Part shown: positions 1 through 14,720 of the stretch, piece after piece
How positions within the stretch are numbered: position 1 is the first letter of the stretch
How the letters are laid out: every line of letters begins with the position of its first letter
Source of the DNA: Chrysomallon squamiferum
Taxonomy: Eukaryota; Animalia; Mollusca
Length of the DNA: 64,000 nt
NCBI GenBank assembly: GCA_012295275.1
Contig: CM022665.1
Span: 14,260,001-14,324,000 of the forward strand
Reading direction: 5' to 3'
Program-made: the position numbers and the translations under genes
Notes under the pieces: model-generated
What the model saw: the letters and a program-made list of their open reading frames with translations, nothing else
Told to the model about the DNA's origin: nothing
Database searches by the model: none

Positions 1-1900
1 GCATTCTAGGTCAATACTTATGTCAATAAGTTTCTGGCGACTTTGTAATTACAGGTAAGTGCCAGGTAAAAGGTCACCGGGTTGTTTAGTAAAATTCCCA
101 TACGAATAGTTAGCACACCAGTTTGAGGTAAAAGAGAACAAAACTGATGAAATCTAAAAACTTTGAGAAAATAATTATTTATGATATATTTTCGTTAACT
201 GAATATCAACTGTAATATTTTTCTAAAATAACTTTCTATTTATTGTTGAGATTAATAAATACTAAATATATTTTTGTCTGATACACGTTAGTTTACATGT
301 ATTTATATTTCTATTAGCCGTTTGAAAAAAAGAATTGATCAAATCTTTCTCTTTCTCTGCTGCATCTAATTTTTTTTATAAATAAATATATGTATATGTG
401 TGTTTTATTGTATTTAACCAATGTAAGTTAAAAAGAAAAATAACAAACATAAAAACAAAACATTTCCTGTAAGAAATGTTGTTTGTGTATTCGTGAATAA
501 GAATCTAATTATCTTAAGCATGAATAAAGGCTATACCACGCTCCGATAAGAACTATGCAGAAAGAAGTAATAAATAAATAAATAAATAAATAAAAATATG
601 AAAAGCGATGTAGTTGTTAACATTTTTTTTAGTAATATGGATGATAAAACAGAAAAAATAAAATCCGATGACCATACTGCTACTACTATTACTACTAAAA
701 CTAACAGTAATAATATAATATTGGTATCAGTAATAATAGTAGAAGTAACAAAGTAGTACATAGTAACGATAAACTAGCATCCGTGGTATTGACAATATTG
801 GAAGAAACAGCTTTAATTATCAATGTTTTAGGAACATTTCTGATTATGTACGTCAATTATAGTATTATTCACTGGAAATAAAATCGTTACGTTTCATTTC
901 TTCTTTTATTTCCAGTTTATTTTTCTATGATTACGAAATAAAAATAAAAGAGTTATCTTTTGTCGTTGTTGTTATTGTTATTTTCCGTTGTAGCGTTCTG
1001 AAGATGGCGTCAGAGATTTGAGTAAAAACGTTTGATATTCTGTACGCTGTTTAGCTCTCATCATTTAGTGACAGGAAATGAAAACCAGTGTATGAACTGT
1101 TAAACCACTGAGTACCCAGTCATAATTACATTCTCCCATGACATGTGCTCCAGGCTGAAACATTTGGGCTTAAATCATTGGCCAGCCTGTTAACTTTGTA
1201 GTCAGCTTGAAATCTTAGGAGAAAATTATATAGTAAATTAGAAATGTAACAAGCTTTATAACAAAGTCCCAACACATGACCTGTTTGTATCAAAATACGA
1301 AGAATTCTGGGGAACAATGCACGCACGAAATAAAGGCGTAAAGAAATTGGTTTAATAGAAAAAAAGAAGAATGCCACTAAAAGTTATCAGATGACAAGAA
1401 GTAAAAGCATGTTTATTTGAAGTCGTGTTTAAATATTTCACATGAAGTTGAGATAACTTGGCTTAAATAGTTTTGTAATGCAAAAATTAGACACACTCAG
1501 ACACGACGGATGAGAGAAGAAACTATATATTTCTGTTAACAGACGTGTTACTAAATTCTCTCAGTGAAACTGTTTGAAAATGATAGTCTTGGGCAAACAG
1601 GAGCCTTGGGTATGTTACAGGATTAGTTATCGTGTGGAGCGATCTTAAACTTTTCGTGTAGTTCTCGTTAGGAGCCTGGAGCGAAATGCTATCCTCAGTT
1701 TAATCGACGCCCCTTCCCTAACACACATACTGATATAGCGTAACTAACTAACTAACTAACTAAATATGTATAATAAGAACCCATCATATATTCCCGATAG
1801 GCGTACTTTAACAAAAATGTTACGAAAAAAACATGCTAAAAATAACTACAATCAATAATTTAAATATTACAATATAAGATAAGTTGACTGCTTAATTAAC

Positions 1901-1934
<34 letters not shown>

Positions 1935-4900
1935 AAGAAAGAAAGAAAGAAGAAAAAAAACATTTACGAGTTACTCGTCTTTAGCTTCAATTTATGCTTT
2001 ATACGATCCTTCTCAGAAAGGGATCGATAAGCTAGTTTGATGGCTGAAACACGAAATAACAAGATATACCGAGAATGGTTGATCACGCGACCTGTCACAC
2101 CCCAGACCACCTAGACTGGTTTGGAGAGAACACACTGACACGAGTGAAATACGACGATGTTGAGTATATATCACATGATCGATGGTTTTCAGCACATGAT
2201 TATCACAAAAACATTAATTCACACAGTGACACCTTTGAATAGACAATACCCTGTTAAAATATCGCTTTCCAACATTGCTTCTTTTTCGAACATGAAATGC
2301 TGATTCATATTACAGCCAACCACGTGCTGAGAAACTGAATATCTTGATGAAGCACGTTTCACTGAAGGGATGACGTTTAGAGAGTGAGACTGTAAGGAAA
2401 ACGGTTTAAATTTACTAACCTAAAGAATGGTATAAACATGGTGTTGTCGATGAATTTTTAAACTAATTCATTATTACTAATTTTTTTTTTTTTTTTTTTT
2501 TTTTTTCATTACAGTAAACTGACATTTTGTCATGATGGTCTGTGAATATATTTTACTAGTGTAGCAACGGATATAAAAAGGTAGTAATATATATTAGAAT
2601 AAAAGTATCATTTTTCTCCAGTAATCTACTGCATAATAGATTTATATTTTATGTTATAATGCTTTTGATCATCTGTTATTTGTAATTTTTGTATAGAATA
2701 ATAAATAAAAAAACTGGTAGGTGAAGAAATATAGTGGAATGAATGATTTGCTTGAAGTTGGAAGTGAGTATCTCACTGTGTCATCACACGCCCACCCACC
2801 CACAAACACACACACATAAACACAGACACAAACACACACACACGGCAGACGTTAGAAAATGCGTCTAACTAATTCGTCACAGAATTACATACCAAGATGA
2901 TATGAAGAGATAATCTGTTTTGTTTGGGCGCGTAGACAACTGTTGTGAACACGACAGGCGTGCTTTAACAGATCCTGAAGGACATGTACACACGAACAAA
3001 CAGTGTAAACACACATTACTATGGTCAGAATTCGGTAATTCTATTTCGCCTGTGTTTCCATTCACAGCTCTGTGACAACAGCCTGCAATGTCACCCTGTC
3101 CTCCGCATGTAGCACATTGACAACATATTTCATACTGCAACGTTCAAACAGCCTTAAACAGATTTTACATCAAACTCCAAATCTTGTATCGACAACGACA
3201 CACTGTGAACGCCTGTTTGACATTGCTTGTAACGAAACGGAGACAAACACACCGGCCACAACGGCAATCAATAAAGAAAACATCCACAGGTATCGACTTC
3301 GGTAAACGAAATCTGAACCAGGAGTTGAAAATACACTTGTACTGATGTTTATTTGAACGTTTAACGAATATTTCTCTATAAATGGTGACTCTGAAGTCGT
3401 TTTATCAAGGCTGATGACAGAACGCTGATTTCATTTTCATACTCACTAGATAAAAAATTCACACGCTCGCACACACGCACACACACACACACACACACTT
3501 AGAAACAGTAACAAACACACTGACATCCTATGTTATAAGAAATAAAAAAAATATTTGAATTTTATTCTTGTTGTTGCTGCTGTTGTTGATGATGATAAGG
3601 CGATCGTGTTCGTAAACAATTTGTTTATCAGTGTCAGAGACAGTTTCAAGGAAACATGTCGCACATTTTTCTAACAATTTTTCCGTGCGCAGTTTCCGAC
3701 ATCGTTATGGTAATAAAAGATGTTTGAGTAGCCAAGGAAATATGTACTCAATGTGCTGTAATGGAATCGGAATGGTACTGAACTTAATGAACATTTTGTA
3801 ATCTGTGAACTATGACATGTTCAATGTCTATGATGTTTCGGGGTTAATAAAAAGTGGTCGTAAACTGTTCGCCTATTAGGCTCATTGCATCATGTTGTTG
3901 AGTGTGACAAGGATTACGATTCAGCACGTAGTCTAATTTGTACCCATCAGTCGTAGCCGCATAATCCCTGACAGCGTTGACGACAGCGTCAGTTTACAGA
4001 GGTGTATGGTTGAGTATAATATCCGGCAGCTATTATGTCCTAAAGCGATTTCAATTACAGCCCGAATTCGTGTTAATTTTATTCTACTTATCTTTAATAA
4101 TCTGTCTTTTACTCTGCTTTTACCATGAAGGATTTCTGAAACCTAATGAGTATAACTGCACAGGATAAAACCTTAATCAAAGAGGTAAATCCAACATACA
4201 AATCCCAGATTTTTTATTTTAGATAAAACAAACAAACAACACAACAACAACAAAACCAACTAACAAAAAACAAACAAACAAACATACTTTTTCAGTATTA
4301 TTATTGTTGTTTTTGTTTTAGTCATTTTTTAGTTCGACAAGTGGTTAACTATTAACATCCTTCCCGCGACAAATTGGTTAATACATTTCAGGCTTTGAAC
4401 GTACGCACATTAACTTTGCTTTTCTTGTAACTAATTCTTTTTTCCTTTTTCTTTTTAATATTATTTGTTTATTTATTTATTTATTTATTTTATTTTTATT
4501 TTTATTTATTTTAATTCATCATATCTGCACTCAGAGTTGCCACTAGTGATGAAAATTGTGAAACAGATAACTTATACTTGTGATTATCAAGAAATAGCTT
4601 TACAGTATTTCTTTTTTGAAAACTGTTCAAAAACTGTTCGAAATACCAATATCGGCAGATTACTAGTTTAGTTAGAGAAGAGAGTGGTTGTAGCACACAT
4701 TGCCAATTAGCCCAGATGAAGGTCGATGCCTTAACCACTATTTTGCGTCTCATTTATTTGTAAACAGCAATTAATTCAGACCAATTTCGTATTCTGTTTT
4801 GTGACTCAACGATTCTAGCATCTGAAGAACTGATGACAAAATGGTCAAGTATGCGAACCATTTTATTGTTTGTCCTATAACATATACATTTTGTGAGGGG

Positions 4901-5251
4901 TGGGGGAAGAGTCGTTTTTGTTTGCACAGTTGATTCTTTGGTACATTGATTGAATATTATTTTTAGCGTATGTAATTTCTCTCTATGTATAAATGATTTG
5001 CTTGGCTAAAAGTCGAGATTATTTCTTCTTTTATTTATTTATTTATTATTTTATTTTATTTTGTAAAAATATTTTTCGCTTATTTAAAAATTATCGGCCT
5101 TCAAAAGGTTATGTAACTGAAAATATATTTTGTAACAAATGTGAATTTTAAAATTAAAAATTGTTTTTCACTCAATTATCTTTCGTACCAGTAAGAAAGT
5201 ATATATGTATGTATATGTATCTATGTATCTAAGAATGTACGTATGTATGTA

Positions 5252-5348
<97 letters not shown>
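5252..5348. repeat. (TG)n(AG)n microsatellite
   Basis: Direct reading. Confidence 0.95.
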
Positions 5349-5350
<2 letters not shown>

Positions 5351-7965
5351 CATGAGAGTCCAAGCGTTTATAATAGGTATTTTTATGTCTTTTTATCTGT
5401 ACATACGTATATATGTGTCTGTCCATAATACGATGTATACCTCAGAGACCACTATTTGAATAATGGCGACATTTAACAAATATATGGTACAGAACTAACA
5501 CGCATTTCAGACAGAGACGGGAAAGTCAACAAAAGCATCGTAACCCGTAGGACATTTTCAGTTCGCTTTCTGCGCCAAACAATTACTTAATCAGGGGAAT
5601 TAATGGACCATGCACCACACTAAATGGTTTCTTTTTATCTTTGTCACAGTGGTTGATCTACAATGTTTCTACAATGGAAAGTGCTAAACTGATGTCTTCA
5701 ACATGGACTGGCTATTTGGACGAGGGTCACTAACTGGCCATCGGACCTAGGTGCTCGACCAATGTGGCGGAAATTAGTCGATAATTGGTTAACAACAGGA
5801 ACAAGTATAGCACGACATTAATGCACTCTCGGACAATCGTTAGCCCGACAGTTTAGCCACAACAACGGAATTGTCAGAAGCAGGTGGCAACAGAGGGTAA
5901 AATATAATCACCCTGATCAGTTTTTAACTACTTTGAAGGGGCTTGCACATGTTCCGTGTTTACATACCTGGCTGTGAGAAAGTGCTAATAAACGATACTT
6001 GGCTGCTAAATTGAAATAATAATAATTACAACCGACGAAAGTGCGCTTCCTTTCTGACATTAACCTTTTAATGACTTTTCGGACCAGGCATCTTTACTAT
6101 TAACCGAATACGGATTATAATTTTATTTTAATACTTACCTACGAACTGTAATTATATACCGTATTTCCTATATTGTTTAGAACCAAACACCTGAAGCTAT
6201 GACCATTATTTTTATTAGATATATATATAGCTTGATAGTCTGCGTGACTGACTGTGTATTTGTAAGAATGAAAGAAAATATGTAATATAGACATGTCGAC
6301 AATCTAAATAAATATATCAGATTTTATTATTAATGCTTATTAGGTATTAACCATAAACCATGAACAATAAGTAAGTCTTCGAAATGCACACACAGCCCGG
6401 GCACACAGAGAATAAACACAATTACAGAAAGAAAGACAACATGCACGTTTTATGTATATATGTATGTATAGATGGAAGGATGGATGCATGTGTGTGTGTG
6501 TATGTATGTATGATTTAAGATCTTTCTACGATAAGTTAACATGAACATTTGCAATACTTAGACTAAAATACCTTTAAATTTAGAATTTTTATTCATAAAT
6601 AAAACAACAACAAGCATATCGTGTTCGGATTAAAGCATGACTTGAGGCTTTAGGCAAATCAAAGTGGTCAACAGTAAAAATAGAAGAAAAAAAATCTGAA
6701 GAGAACTAAAGGTGACACCTTTGACAAATTCATTGACCTACGGGATTAGAGAGGTCACACTCTGAACCCACGCACTTGACCTCGATGGCTGTGTGGAATT
6801 ACGGACGAAAGAGGATGGACAAGAGGATGAATGGTTTCACATTACTTGAAAGTTTACATTGAAAGTATTGGTTTCATTTTACACCGGTGTGAAGTCAATG
6901 AATGCGGTTAAATATACACCACGTGAACAATATGAAAGTCTTTTGATGATTAATTTCCCTTTGTAGTCCGCTCTTCCAGCAGAGAAAATACTGTACGATT
7001 CGCTAGTGTAATTAAACACACTCCTTGGCGTATGTGAGATATGAATACCTGGACGATATAGTTATGGTGAATATAAAAGCCTTATTCAAACAAAATATTT
7101 GAGCCTAACAGGGGTGGATGATAGCTCTGTATTACAGTAGTCGTCCGGTGTATGAATGGCTTAGTATCGATACCTGTCAGTATATGCGTGTATGTGTCTG
7201 TTATGCTATTCCTTATTATAGTGGATGCTTCACGGCATAGAGCCATTGTGTGGACTTTCTTATCTGTGGGTGATGCATAGGAAGAAATATGGCTGCAGTG
7301 GATTTCCCATTTTATGTGTGTGGCTTTTAAGCTTAAAAATTACGTACAGCACTATTTAATGTAGATTTCTTTCTTGTTTATAAATAAAACGCTCTCTCTC
7401 TGTCTCTCTCTCTCAAAAATGACAAAAACAACAAAAATGACAAAACACTATACGCTTAAAAAAATAATAATAAAAAATCTTCTGTACTCCCAAATACTTT
7501 TTATGTTATTATTATTCAGTTTAAAAAACAAACAAACAAACAAACAAAAAAGCAGTCAAGTTTCAAGCAGTTAACATTTTTATACTCAACATTCCTTATG
7601 TCTCTTCTTTTGAAATCTTCTTGTATGACATATTACAATATCTAAGAGAATCTGTTGTATTACTTTCACTCGATTGTTAACGCGTATTGTATTCAGTGCA
7701 AACTGTGATTCACGAGTTTATACGAAGAAGAAGAAGAAGAAGAAGAAATACCCTTAGAAAAAAGTGAAAATTTTATCCAGCCACCTAACATGGTCTCAAA
7801 ACCATTAGCGCTTTTATATATATATATATTTATAATACCTCCTGTACGTACAAACATACATGCATAAACATAAACATACATACACATATCTAATAAACAT
7901 TAATACTAAATCTGAGGTGTCGACAAAATAATTCTATTTATTTTCTGTATATGTCTGTATATTAC

Positions 7966-7966
<1 letters not shown>

Positions 7967-8034
<68 letters not shown>
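7967..8034. repeat. (AG)n microsatellite
   Basis: Direct reading. Confidence 0.95.
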
Positions 8035-8037
<3 letters not shown>

Positions 8038-11000
8038 TTGATAAACAAAGAAGAAATCTACAATAAATGACGTTATACGTGATTTTTATGCTTAAAAGCC
8101 ACACGCATTAATACAGTTCACTGGTACATAAAAATGCCGCTCATGCAGAAAAGCTGACGATTTTTCTGATAAATTTCACATCACTTTAGTCAAGGTACAC
8201 AACACTGTTATTCTTGTCAACCTATCCGCCCCCCATCTGTCATCTACTCTTAACCAACAAGCATTCACAAATCTTCAAAGAATGTTTAGTTAGGTTATTT
8301 TTCTCTCCAATGGTTAACATGCAGAACGAAGTTTCTTTGACGTATTAGGAATGTTGTCCAAGGACACATGCGACTTCTCCTTTTTATGTTAAACAAAATA
8401 TGTATCATTTACTTCAGTTAATCAATCTTTGTTTAAGGATATTTCGAGACAAGCATGCACACGCACAAATACGCATACATATATGAACATAGTTATAGGC
8501 CTATATATTAATTAATTTATTTTTTTTTTTTTTTTTTTTTTTTTTGGAGACGGATAATACAGAGGCTTCTCTAGCAAATAATAACATCTGCTAACATCAA
8601 GAGATATTCAACCAGCGCCTTTTCTAAGATATAAAAACATGTAGCGTGGCCTTTAAAACACCAGTCGCGAAGTTCTAATGCGTAAAATAGCGACCGATCG
8701 ATCTGATAATATAATAAGATAGTAAATAAAGAGAAGGAATGCAGATAATGTTTAAAACTTTTTTTTACTTTAAATATCTTTTAAAAGACATACCACAATT
8801 TATTCATTTGCTGTGTAGCGAAAAGAGGATTTTTTTTTTTTTTTTTTTTTTCTCAGAGGCAGAAATTGTAATATTATTTATTAAAAATTCTTAAAAGAAC
8901 ACTGGACATTTTAAGATAATGATCTAATATTGGTTATCAGTGGCTTAGATCTGTATTTTTCTGTCTTTACAGAGATTCAGAAAGACATTTTTATTTTTTT
9001 TTTTTTTTTTTAATAAGAAAAGAAAGGAAGAAAAGAAAAAAAGAAAATGTAACGGGATTGTTCTGAAATGTATGAAATTATATCATTAATACCAGCCGTT
9101 TAACATTAATTGCAGATGATACAGAATTGATCACTAAACGCTTGAGATGTTATTAACGAAAATAAACTTTTACTTTACATTAATAAATTATATAAACGCT
9201 TGAAATTCGGCAGTCCATTTTCATAGCAGTGACAAAAAAAGGACTTCATCTATGAAGTTTAAAGTAGATACTTAGAAAGGCTTAACACAATGTAAGCGAA
9301 GATACACCCCATCACGTTTAGTGCTTACAAAGGGTATTGGGAAAACACGGGAGCTTTCTCCTGAAAGGCAATTTCCAGTTGATTAGCGATTGAAAATGCA
9401 CAGAAACTTGGTCTGTACGCCTTAATCTGAACTGGATTTTTAATTGCATGACTACAAAGAAAATACCCAAGTACAACTCTAAACCTTTAGAAGAACGAAT
9501 CATTGCCACCTACGCATTACTCATACCTGTACACGTTAAACACCTGAGTGACTTGTCCTCACCTGTGTACTATCAGTAGGTGTATCTCATGTAGATATTA
9601 ATGGCTGAAAAACTCTGGCTTTTTAGATTTTAGATGATATGAAAAAAAAAAAAAAAAAAAAGACACGAAAAGGAAAAAGAAGAAAAAGAAAATGAATATG
9701 ATTAAAAAAAACCCTGAAACCTTTTTTTTTTTTTTAGATGATCGCTTAACTTGCGATCTACAACTTGCTTCCACAGTAATCATAAATACAGCATTGCTAG
9801 GCAACAGCGTAAAGGATTACGACAATGAAAGCAGCTGGGAAAATGTTTCACATTCAGCCATCAAATACTTTCTTCATGAGAAATAATTTTATGAGAACCA
9901 GTTATTTACCGTATTCTCATCACTGACATATGATTTATTGAACAGTGATTATTTCGTAATTGCTGAACAATAAATCTATCCAAGACGACATGTGTCCAAT
10001 GAGCGCCATCTTGGGAAATAAATACGTCACGGAGAAAGTCTGTATGATAAATGATTATTTAAGACTTGCTGGATTATTGAAAACTGCACAAATAAAAATC
10101 GAACTCTCTTTATGAAATCTTTGAAAGTTAATCTTTCATTTTTATGGAGAGTAGCATTAAATCGTTTTTGTTTTTGTTTGTTTGTTGTTGTTGTTATGGG
10201 GTTTCTTAATTTCATAATGACTCCTGTCGAGGTATTTGAAAACGACTCCTTTGATCTTATACGAAGCTAGCTTCCTGATATGTTCTCTTGTGAGCCTAAC
10301 TGATAAAATGGCTCCTACAACAAATAAATATAAAGATTATTCCTGCTGTATTGTAACTGGACAAATGGTTCCTGTGCAAAGTTAACTAAAGAAACTTACG
10401 TTAACCTGCGAGAGTTTTCTCAACAGTAGCCCAACAGTTATAGTGCAGGCGTTGTAGATTGCTATATTAAATGCGCCCGGTGGACATTTTTATTTTCTAG
10501 CCTGAAATGCACAAGACTGCTGTGATTTCCTGGCTATGAGAAGGTGATTATATATCATATTAGCCACTAAAGTAGCCCATAATGAAGCTACAGTGAGTTT
10601 CCTTTCTCATATGACGATTATTTAAAAAAAAAAAAAGAAAAAAAAAGAGAGAAGTGAAAGATTAATAACTGAGCTATTCATAAATCTCTCTTTCATTCAA
10701 AATTTAGCACATTCTTGCTTGGTCAAGTCATCAGATCAAAATTTTAAAACTGGTAAATTAAATTTGATTACGAAATGATTCAAAGACTTAGATTTGTTAA
10801 CCAGAAAACCACCACCAAAATCAACAACAACAACAAAATATTTTATGAGTGTCAGTTTAACCTTCTACTGCTATCCATTAATAATAATAACACTGAAAAT
10901 ACCAGTTGAAGTAATATAAAACGGTAAGTATGTGTACAACAAGTACACGTCAGTGGGTGTCCTTGGTTACAAAGGTAATTTTGTACATCCACTTTAGGTC

Positions 11001-11279
11001 ACACTCTCCTACAAGCGATCAGTTAAGAGACAGGTAAGTTTGATCTCATGTGTAAACAGATTACTCGCATGATTAACACCAACTCGACTGGAAAAAATCG
11101 CAACAAACAATTTGTTTCGTGGCATTTGTACAATTCCGACTTTACACCAGTCATTCCATCAGTCCCACCCCTTTCCCGTATGTGCATGGCTCAGATGGAA
11201 TAAAGAAGATTTTGACTAAATTGGTGGCCTTGAGATAGATGGCTATCCTATAAGATAACACTAAGAACCTAAGAGTTAA

Positions 11280-12160
11280 AGAGAGAAGAAACCCGCTGCT
11301 CCAAGCGATGAACTATTCTTTTTCGATTAGCATTAAAGATGCCTTTTTATATATATATATATATACACCTTTCCACATAAAAGAAAACATACAGTATTCC
11401 CTCGCTATTCGCGGGGGTTACGTTCTTTACCCCCCCGCGAATAGCGAAAAACCGCGAATATTGGATGCAGTTTTAAAACGTCTATTATGGGATTATATAC
11501 GGTACTAAATGCTTCCCAAACACTTTCTAAAGACACTCTTACTCATTAATACAGTAATAATGTAGTAATATTGCATGCAGTTATGTATTTCACTAATGTA
11601 GTAATGATAATGTAAACGCATTTTAATTTTGTACTGAAACAATATTTTAATCAGAAAGAAACGTAAGTACATGAGGACAGTAACACCGCATAGCATAGTT
11701 ATCCATACTGTATTACTGTACCGTAAAGTCATTTTCTATGCGTACAACATATGTATTAGAATTGACAGAAAGTGGAACAAATTTAAAGGCAAACAGACAG
11801 ATAAATACAGTACGCACAGTTCAGGTAACAATAATACAATTCAGTAATAATATGCAATTAAAAACATTATTAATACTCGGTCACAAAAAATATGCACTGT
11901 ACATACAGTGTATGCATTTATAAAAAAATACGTACTGTATTGCAATAATAATTGAAAAAATTTGATATTGTTTGTGCGGTTTACCGAGCATTTGTTTTTA
12001 TGACGTTATGACGCTCGCCTGGTATACCAGCATACGATGCGATAGGGTTAAGAGCCTAACCCGCGAATATGCGGGGCCGCGAATGGGGAACCGCGAACAG
12101 GTGAGGGTATACTGTATACTGAAGCCTTCAGTAAACCAGTCGTGGGATATAGGCTGACAC
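11280..12160 (-). mobile_element. Degraded SINE (Deu/Nin-like core) split by the MITE
   Basis: GAAACCCGCTG...TTCGATTAGCATTAAAGATGCCTTTTTATAT...CACCTTTCCACA before 11392 resumes as TACTGAAGCCTT...AAACCAGTCGTGGG after 12114. Similar (reverse complement) to copies near 22.7 kb and 14.4 kb. Family name is from memory, not a search. Confidence 0.55.
11392..12114. mobile_element. Tc1/mariner (Tigger/pogo-type) non-autonomous element, 723 bp
   Basis: TIRs CAGTATTCCCTCGCTATTCGCGG and CCGCGAACAGGTGAGGGTATACTG, TA on both sides, repeated subterminal CCGCGAA motifs, no transposase ORF. Confidence 0.85.
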
Positions 12161-12733
12161 GTCAAATAGCCCAAATGGCCAATACATTTTTAAAAGTATT
12201 TTGTAAATATTTTAGTTATGTGTTTGTATTTTTGTTTAACAACAGCAGCTGATTAAACAGTATATTGGAGTATCATCAAATCTTTTCAAAATGTCACAAG
12301 ACAAGTTTAAGTTTTCACACGCACAGACCAACATGTGTTCCAATAACTCATCTCCAGCGACAATTTGTCTTTGTCTGTAGACAAACACACACGTTACGAT
12401 CTTCTATGGCTGTGGGTTGAGATTCAGACCACCCATCTGGATGAGTTTAAATACAACACAAGGTCAAACTACTGTCTTTGTGTTGTACCTAAAACACAAA
12501 CACGGGTATCAACGCACACGTGCAGAACCCTTCACACTCAATACGAAGAAATAACGAAGACGAGGCTGAACTTCCGGGTCATTTTCGAATGGTATTCGGT
12601 ATGTTCGTTACACCGATGCTCTGTCTGATACACTGATAATGTGGTTCGTGTATAGAAAAAAAGATGGAAATGTCAAAGGAATATAATAAAGAAGGATTTT
12701 TTAGCACTGTTTTGTTCAGAACAGAGATATCCC

Positions 12734-12773
12734 AAGAAGAAGAAGAAGATGAAGAAGAAGATGAAGAAGAAGC

Positions 12774-12822
<49 letters not shown>
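12734..12822. repeat. (GAA)n/(AG)n compound microsatellite
   Basis: Direct reading. Confidence 0.9.
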
Positions 12823-12825
<3 letters not shown>

Positions 12826-13969
12826 TAGAATTATAATTAATGAATGAAAGAAAGAAATAATAAGAATAAAATAATGCATTTTCGAGCTCACATTACGTGT
12901 CATATATGATAATTTAAAAAATAGAAATGAAAAATGAACCAGTTTGTTGTAATTATTCACCAAATATCTAATTCTCAGTGGAAAATTAACTTTGTCGTGT
13001 GAATTTTAACCATTTTACTTTAATTATACACACGAATACTATCTATCTCACTAATGGATATTCTTAAGTCCTACGATATAATACATTTATTTATTTATTT
13101 ATTTATTTATTATTTCTTTCCTTTTTTTTTTATTATTTACCCCCTCTCCCCGTTTATTAAAAATTCAGGAACTTTTCTGTAAACCTTATTTTTAGGTTGA
13201 TTATTTAGAAAGAAGGGGGAGTTTGTGTGGATACATCAGATGAAAATTTAATATGGGCGTCGCTGGCAAGCCTGCCTTTGTAGCAATCCTCTGTCGACGA
13301 TTCTGATATCTGCTGAAATCTTAAAAGCTGCATGAGATTATATTTGATACATGAATCGGATAGTAAACAGGTGACAGTGGGGTACAAGTCATGTGGGTAT
13401 TTGACATAAATAGCTATGAGTAATGCGTAGGTGGGAATAGTTATTTCTAAAGGTGTTATACCCCGTTAATATAAAATAAACACACATCCAGGTGAAAACG
13501 TGTGTACGACTTAATAACTAAATGTATTATGTACAAATGTTGGCATGTGCATGTGTTGTTGTTTTTTTGTTGGTGTTGTTTTTGTATATCTTGGCATTTG
13601 AGTGTGTTGATCCTTTATCTGGCTGTCTGTCTGTCTGTATATCTGTATGTATGTATGCCGAGAAGCATTCGACCTTCGATTTGAGCCGGATATAGCTGAC
13701 ATGTTAAGACATTAACCAGTTATTTCTTTTATCCTGTAACCCTAAATAAAATTAACTTTTTATTTCTCAGCTCACCGCTCTCTACTGTTGTAGATTCACG
13801 CGTACTGATTTCCATGTCGCCTTCAAAAACTGTACATCAAAACAAAATAGTTCTTAAATAACAGCAACTGAATTGTTAACCTGTTAATGAAAACGGTTTA
13901 CAAAATCGTATTTTGAGATATAAACCAGCAATTAAATACTAAAGAAGTAACTTTTAACAATATATATAA

Positions 13970-13976
<7 letters not shown>

Positions 13977-14034
<58 letters not shown>
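13977..14034. repeat. (TG)n microsatellite
   Basis: Direct reading. Confidence 0.95.
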
Positions 14035-14037
<3 letters not shown>

Positions 14038-14374
14038 AACAAGTAACTGAGTAAATATAGTTCCATCCTAAAATCGCTATATTATGGTAAATGCTCGAAA
14101 AATTGAAATGTATCTAATCATGATATCTTGTCACTACGTACATGTATTGTGTATGTATGTATGTATGTCTTAATTAAGCTGTTATTTAAATGTCAATGAA
14201 GCAATATTTTGTATAATTAGACGTCATCATATAATCATTACCAGTAATCCTAATCTGAAATAAGAGACTATTATGTGACAGTTACTGTAAAAACAGTCAA
14301 TCAGAAGTACAGGTTCTTTCACTTAATAATAACATTTCTTATATAATATATCACAACTCAGTATCAGAACCATA

Positions 14375-14495
14375 ACCTGATCTGAGTACTACTTCCCAAT
14401 CCAACTAGTGCTCCATGGACTGGTTTGTTAGAGGTCAAGGTTTATATTTTCCTGTTTGTGGGAATGTGAATAGATAAATATCTGGCTGCTGAATT
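14375..14495 (+). mobile_element. Degraded SINE copy
   Basis: CCAACTAGTGCTCCATGGACTGGTTTG...TCCTGTTTGTGGGAATGTGAATAGATAAATATCTGGCTGCT resembles the 22.7 kb copy. Confidence 0.45.
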
Positions 14496-14539
14496 TGCAA
14501 TTCCTGACACTTAAAACATTCATTCATCTTGTAGATCTA

Positions 14540-14720
14540 GTTTTGTAGAAGATTGTTGGCACGCTTCCATAAGAGAACTGTTCAAGTGCAGCTGTCGTGT
14601 AATAAAAATATCATTTAGTAGGAAATTTCTGAATGTAATAAAGAGGAGCCTGATTATAGAGTGGTATAACATTCAGAACAGGTATGTCATGGTGTCTCAT
14701 CCTGGTATCTGCTTCTAAGC
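14540..14720 (-). mobile_element. Possible, heavily decayed LINE reverse-transcriptase fragment
   Basis: The minus strand loosely echoes the LEKAYD..RH.I ... LP.YIQ.F ... GVPQ region of non-LTR RTs, only by allowing several frameshifts. Confidence 0.25.

Noticed and set aside
2893-3016. Minus-strand ATG-initiated 41-codon frame ending at a GTATGT donor (possible alternative first exon)
   Set aside because: No recognisable protein features; could arise by chance; needs RNA evidence.
5168-5459. ORFs with SLSLSL/ERERER runs (also at about 12.7, 19.5-20.0 and 44.9 kb)
   Set aside because: Translations of (AG)n/(CT)n microsatellites.
12030-12051. piggyBac-like end (GGGTTAA) inside the Tigger-type MITE
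   Set aside because: No matching left terminus found.
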